A stretch of DNA of 10,978 nucleotides from Candidatus Ratteibacteria bacterium. Lineage in GTDB: Bacteria; Ratteibacteria; UBA8468; B48-G9; DTJG01. Below, in pieces: positions 8,764 through 10,978 of this stretch. The stretch is from NCBI GenBank assembly GCA_049971295.1, contig JBMFLH010000062.1, positions 1 to 10,978 on the forward strand, given 5' to 3'. The notes under the pieces were generated by a model. It worked only from the letters and a program-made list of their open reading frames with translations. It was not told the DNA's origin and did no database searches. A program made the position numbers and the translations under genes. Each line of letters starts with the position of its first letter. The first letter of the stretch is position 1.

Positions 8764-8782
8764 TTGACTCCTTTATTTTTAT

Positions 8783-8811
8783 ATATTATGGCATATTTGC
8801 AAGTTTGACAA
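8783..8811 (-). promoter_or_regulatory. Probable promoter for rml cluster
   Basis: TTGTCA (8811-8806)-N17-TAATAT (8788-8783), overlapping an extended -10 TGcCATAAT. The region is AT-rich, so a chance match is possible. Confidence 0.5.
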
Positions 8812-8818
8812 ATTATTA

Positions 8819-9382
8819 TTACTTATGAACTCTTTCAACATAATGTTTTGTTGAAGTAGATACCTTTATAATATCACCATCTTTGATAAAATGCGGGACA
8901 AGAATTTCCATATTGTTCTCAAGAATTGCATTTTTATAAGTTGCATCGCTTTCGCCCTTTACACCGCTTCCTGTGCTTACCACTTTTAATTCAACAATTT
9001 CAGGAATAATGACATTGATCGGCACTCCTTCATAAATCTCAAACTTCAATGTCATGCCCTCTTTCAAAAATTCTTTAAAATTTTCAAGCATGTGGCCTGG
9101 AATTTCAAACTGCTCATATGTTTGAGGGTTCATGAAACAGAAATTGTTCCCATCATTATATAAATATTCAAGAACCACTATTTCAAGGGCAAGGTCTTCC
9201 AATTTTTCTTCTGGAGTCATTTTCGTTTCAATAATTTTACCTGTTTTCACATTCAATAGTTTTACATACACATGACTTGAAAACCGTGCAGGTCCTGCCT
9301 TAATCTCTGTTTCCAGGACCTTAAAAATGTCCTTTTCCTTTTTTATAAATGTTCCTGCTTTGAGATTTGCTGCTTCAATCAT
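8819..9382 (-). CDS. efp: Elongation factor P family protein, atypical (EfpL/YeiP-like loop with Arg33)
   Basis: 187 aa; EF-P motifs YLYNDG, FMNPQTYEQ, VELKV, VPHFIKDGD and YVER; SD AAGGAGG. The tip loop is AGPARFSS rather than PGKG. Confidence 0.9.
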   Translation of the reverse strand: MIEAANLKAGTFIKKEKDIFKVLETEIKAGPARFSSHVYVKLLNVKTGKIIETKMTPEEKLEDLALEIVVLEYLYNDGNNFCFMNPQTYEQFEIPGHMLENFKEFLKEGMTLKFEIYEGVPINVIIPEIVELKVVSTGSGVKGESDATYKNAILENNMEILVPHFIKDGDIIKVSTSTKHYVERVHK

Positions 9383-9393
9383 AGGTCCCTCCT

Positions 9394-10704
9394 TACAATG
9401 CCAATTGCTTCTCTAAGTTCTTTCAATTTATACTAACGGATATCCACTCCATCAATGTAAATTTGTCCGGGATCAACATCATAAAAACGAGGTATCAGAT
9501 TGATGATGGTGGTTTTTCCTGCGCATGTTGGTCCTACCAGGGCGATTATTTCTCCAAAAATTGCCCTAAACGTTATCCCATGAAGAACCTCAATACCTGG
9601 TTTGTATAAAAAATGAACATTGTTGAAAACAACTTCACCTTTAATGGGTCGTCTAAACGGTATGCCATCTTTTGCTTCTTTTGCATCTGGTTCTGAGTCA
9701 ATGATTTCAAAAATTCGCTCGCTTGACGCTCTTGCGTGTTGAAGCATGTGGTTAGCCATATTAAACTGGTGAATTGGTTGATAGAAAAGATTGAGATAAA
9801 AAAGAAATGAAATGATTTCTCCTGTAAAAATACTTTGATTGATAATAGCCATTTTTCTACCAAAAAGAAGTACCAGAAAAGTTCCGATTGTTGTAATTAC
9901 AATTGACGGAGAAAAAGTTGCCCATAATTTTATTGTCTGTATGTTGATTTGAACATATTCACTGCTTTTTGTGCTTAATCGATTAATTTCATATTCTTCT
10001 CTTGCGAAACTTCTCGTTTCCCTGAAACCAGAAATACTATCCTGTAATAACGCACTTATTTCACCCATTTTTTTCTGACTTCTCTGTATATTGCGTGCGC
10101 CTTGATTGTGATTAAATAAGCCATAAAAGCAAGTAAAGGTACGGGTATCATTGTAATCAATGCAAGTTTCCAGTTCATCCAAAACAATACAAAGGTAATT
10201 CCGATAAGGGTCAGAGATGCGATAATAGTCGTATCCGGTCCGTCAACGATAACTCTTTCAACAGATGTGATATCACTGGTAATTCTTGCCATAATGTTAC
10301 CGGTCTGATTTTCATCTAAGAATCTAAAAGAAAGTCGCTGGATGTTTTTATACACCTTTTGCCATAGGTCATATGTGATTTTTTGACCGAGTTTTCCCAT
10401 CAGAAAATTTTACCCCATTTAATAAATTAACGATAGTGTAAATAGAAAGCAAAGAAAAGCACATTTTAATGAGTACTGCCAGATCTTTTTTGACAAGAAC
10501 CCTGTCAATGATAATGCCAATGATTCTTGGTGGAACAAGATTCAAAACTGTGACACAGATGGAAATGAATAAAGCGAAGAAAATCTGGTATTTGTATGGT
10601 TTAAGATATCCAAATAATCTTGTAATATGAAATGTGCATTTAACCTGGTCATCAATATCAAATCTCAATCTTTGTGCTTTATGAAAACCAGGTCCATGAA
10701 ACAT
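9394..10704 (-). pseudogene. Degraded ABCB/MsbA-like ABC exporter (permease + partial NBD)
   Basis: ORFs 10369-10704, 10056-10400 and 9433-10182 join into one transporter (YLKPYK, TGNIMARITSD, SGFRETRSF, ASSERIFEIID, NLIPRFYD). Frameshifts near 10400-10410 and 10068-10074; Walker A GPTCAGKTT; TAG at 9435-9433; homology continues (YKLKELREAIGIV) to 9394 and then ends. SD AGAGGAG upstream of 10704. Confidence 0.9.
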
Positions 10705-10950
10705 ATCTATCTCCTCTAAGTCAACTAAAATCTATTTTAATAATTTCATGGAATTTTTGTAAATATTTTCTCAACCCCATTGCTTTAATTTTATCTTTTT
10801 ACTTTCCAATTTTCAAATTTTTTTTATGTTATATCACAACTTTATTATAGTCCCCAAAGAATTTGTTAAAAGATTCAAAAAAGAATTGATACACAATAGA
10901 TTTAAGAATTTTAAGAAAAACTTGACAAAAATTTTCTATATGTTAGATAG

Positions 10951-10972
10951 ACATACTAAATAATTAGTATGT
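10951..10972. promoter_or_regulatory. Palindromic operator-like site
   Basis: ACATACTAA-ATAA-TTAGTATGT, perfect 9-bp arms; downstream of plus-strand TTGACA (10922-10927) and directly before AAAAGG (possible SD) at the window end. Confidence 0.6.
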
Positions 10973-10978
10973 AAAAGG

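Noticed and set aside
229..9863. Short alternative-frame and antisense ORFs in the track (e.g. 229-591, 491-730, 928-1158, 5944-6147, 7360-7722, 8241-8498, 9573-9863)
   Set aside because: All overlap well-supported genes and show no recognisable motifs; they are shadow ORFs.
10068..10074. Programmed frameshift or phase variation at the A7 run in the ABC gene
   Set aside because: The additional frameshift, nonsense codon and loss of most of the NBD mean slippage could not yield a functional transporter.
10720..10920. Specific minus-strand promoter for the ABC gene (TATAAT at 10849-10844)
   Set aside because: No properly spaced -35, and the region is extremely AT-rich; a promoter is likely but cannot be placed.

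Overview
AT-rich window from a diderm bacterium, with all credible genes on the minus strand. In transcription order it holds: (1) a decayed ABCB/MsbA-like exporter gene with two frameshifts, a nonsense codon, a Walker A substitution and a 3' truncation; (2) directly abutting it, an atypical elongation factor P homologue with Arg33 in an AGPARFSS loop instead of PGKG; (3) a complete dTDP-L-rhamnose cluster (rmlC-rmlA-rmlB-rmlD); (4) a cytoplasmic GH63/MGH1-like glycoside hydrolase; (5) a ~200-nt intergenic stretch with nested inverted repeats; (6) a near-consensus sigma70 promoter driving tRNA-Glu(UUC) and, 27 nt later, the tolQ-tolR-tolA-tolB-pal-cpoB operon, which runs off the left edge. A palindromic operator-like site lies at the right edge. 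The most interesting candidate system is the Arg-tipped EF-P paralogue next to rhamnose-donor genes and a glycoside hydrolase. No EarP-like transferase is in the window, so any functional link is only a hypothesis.
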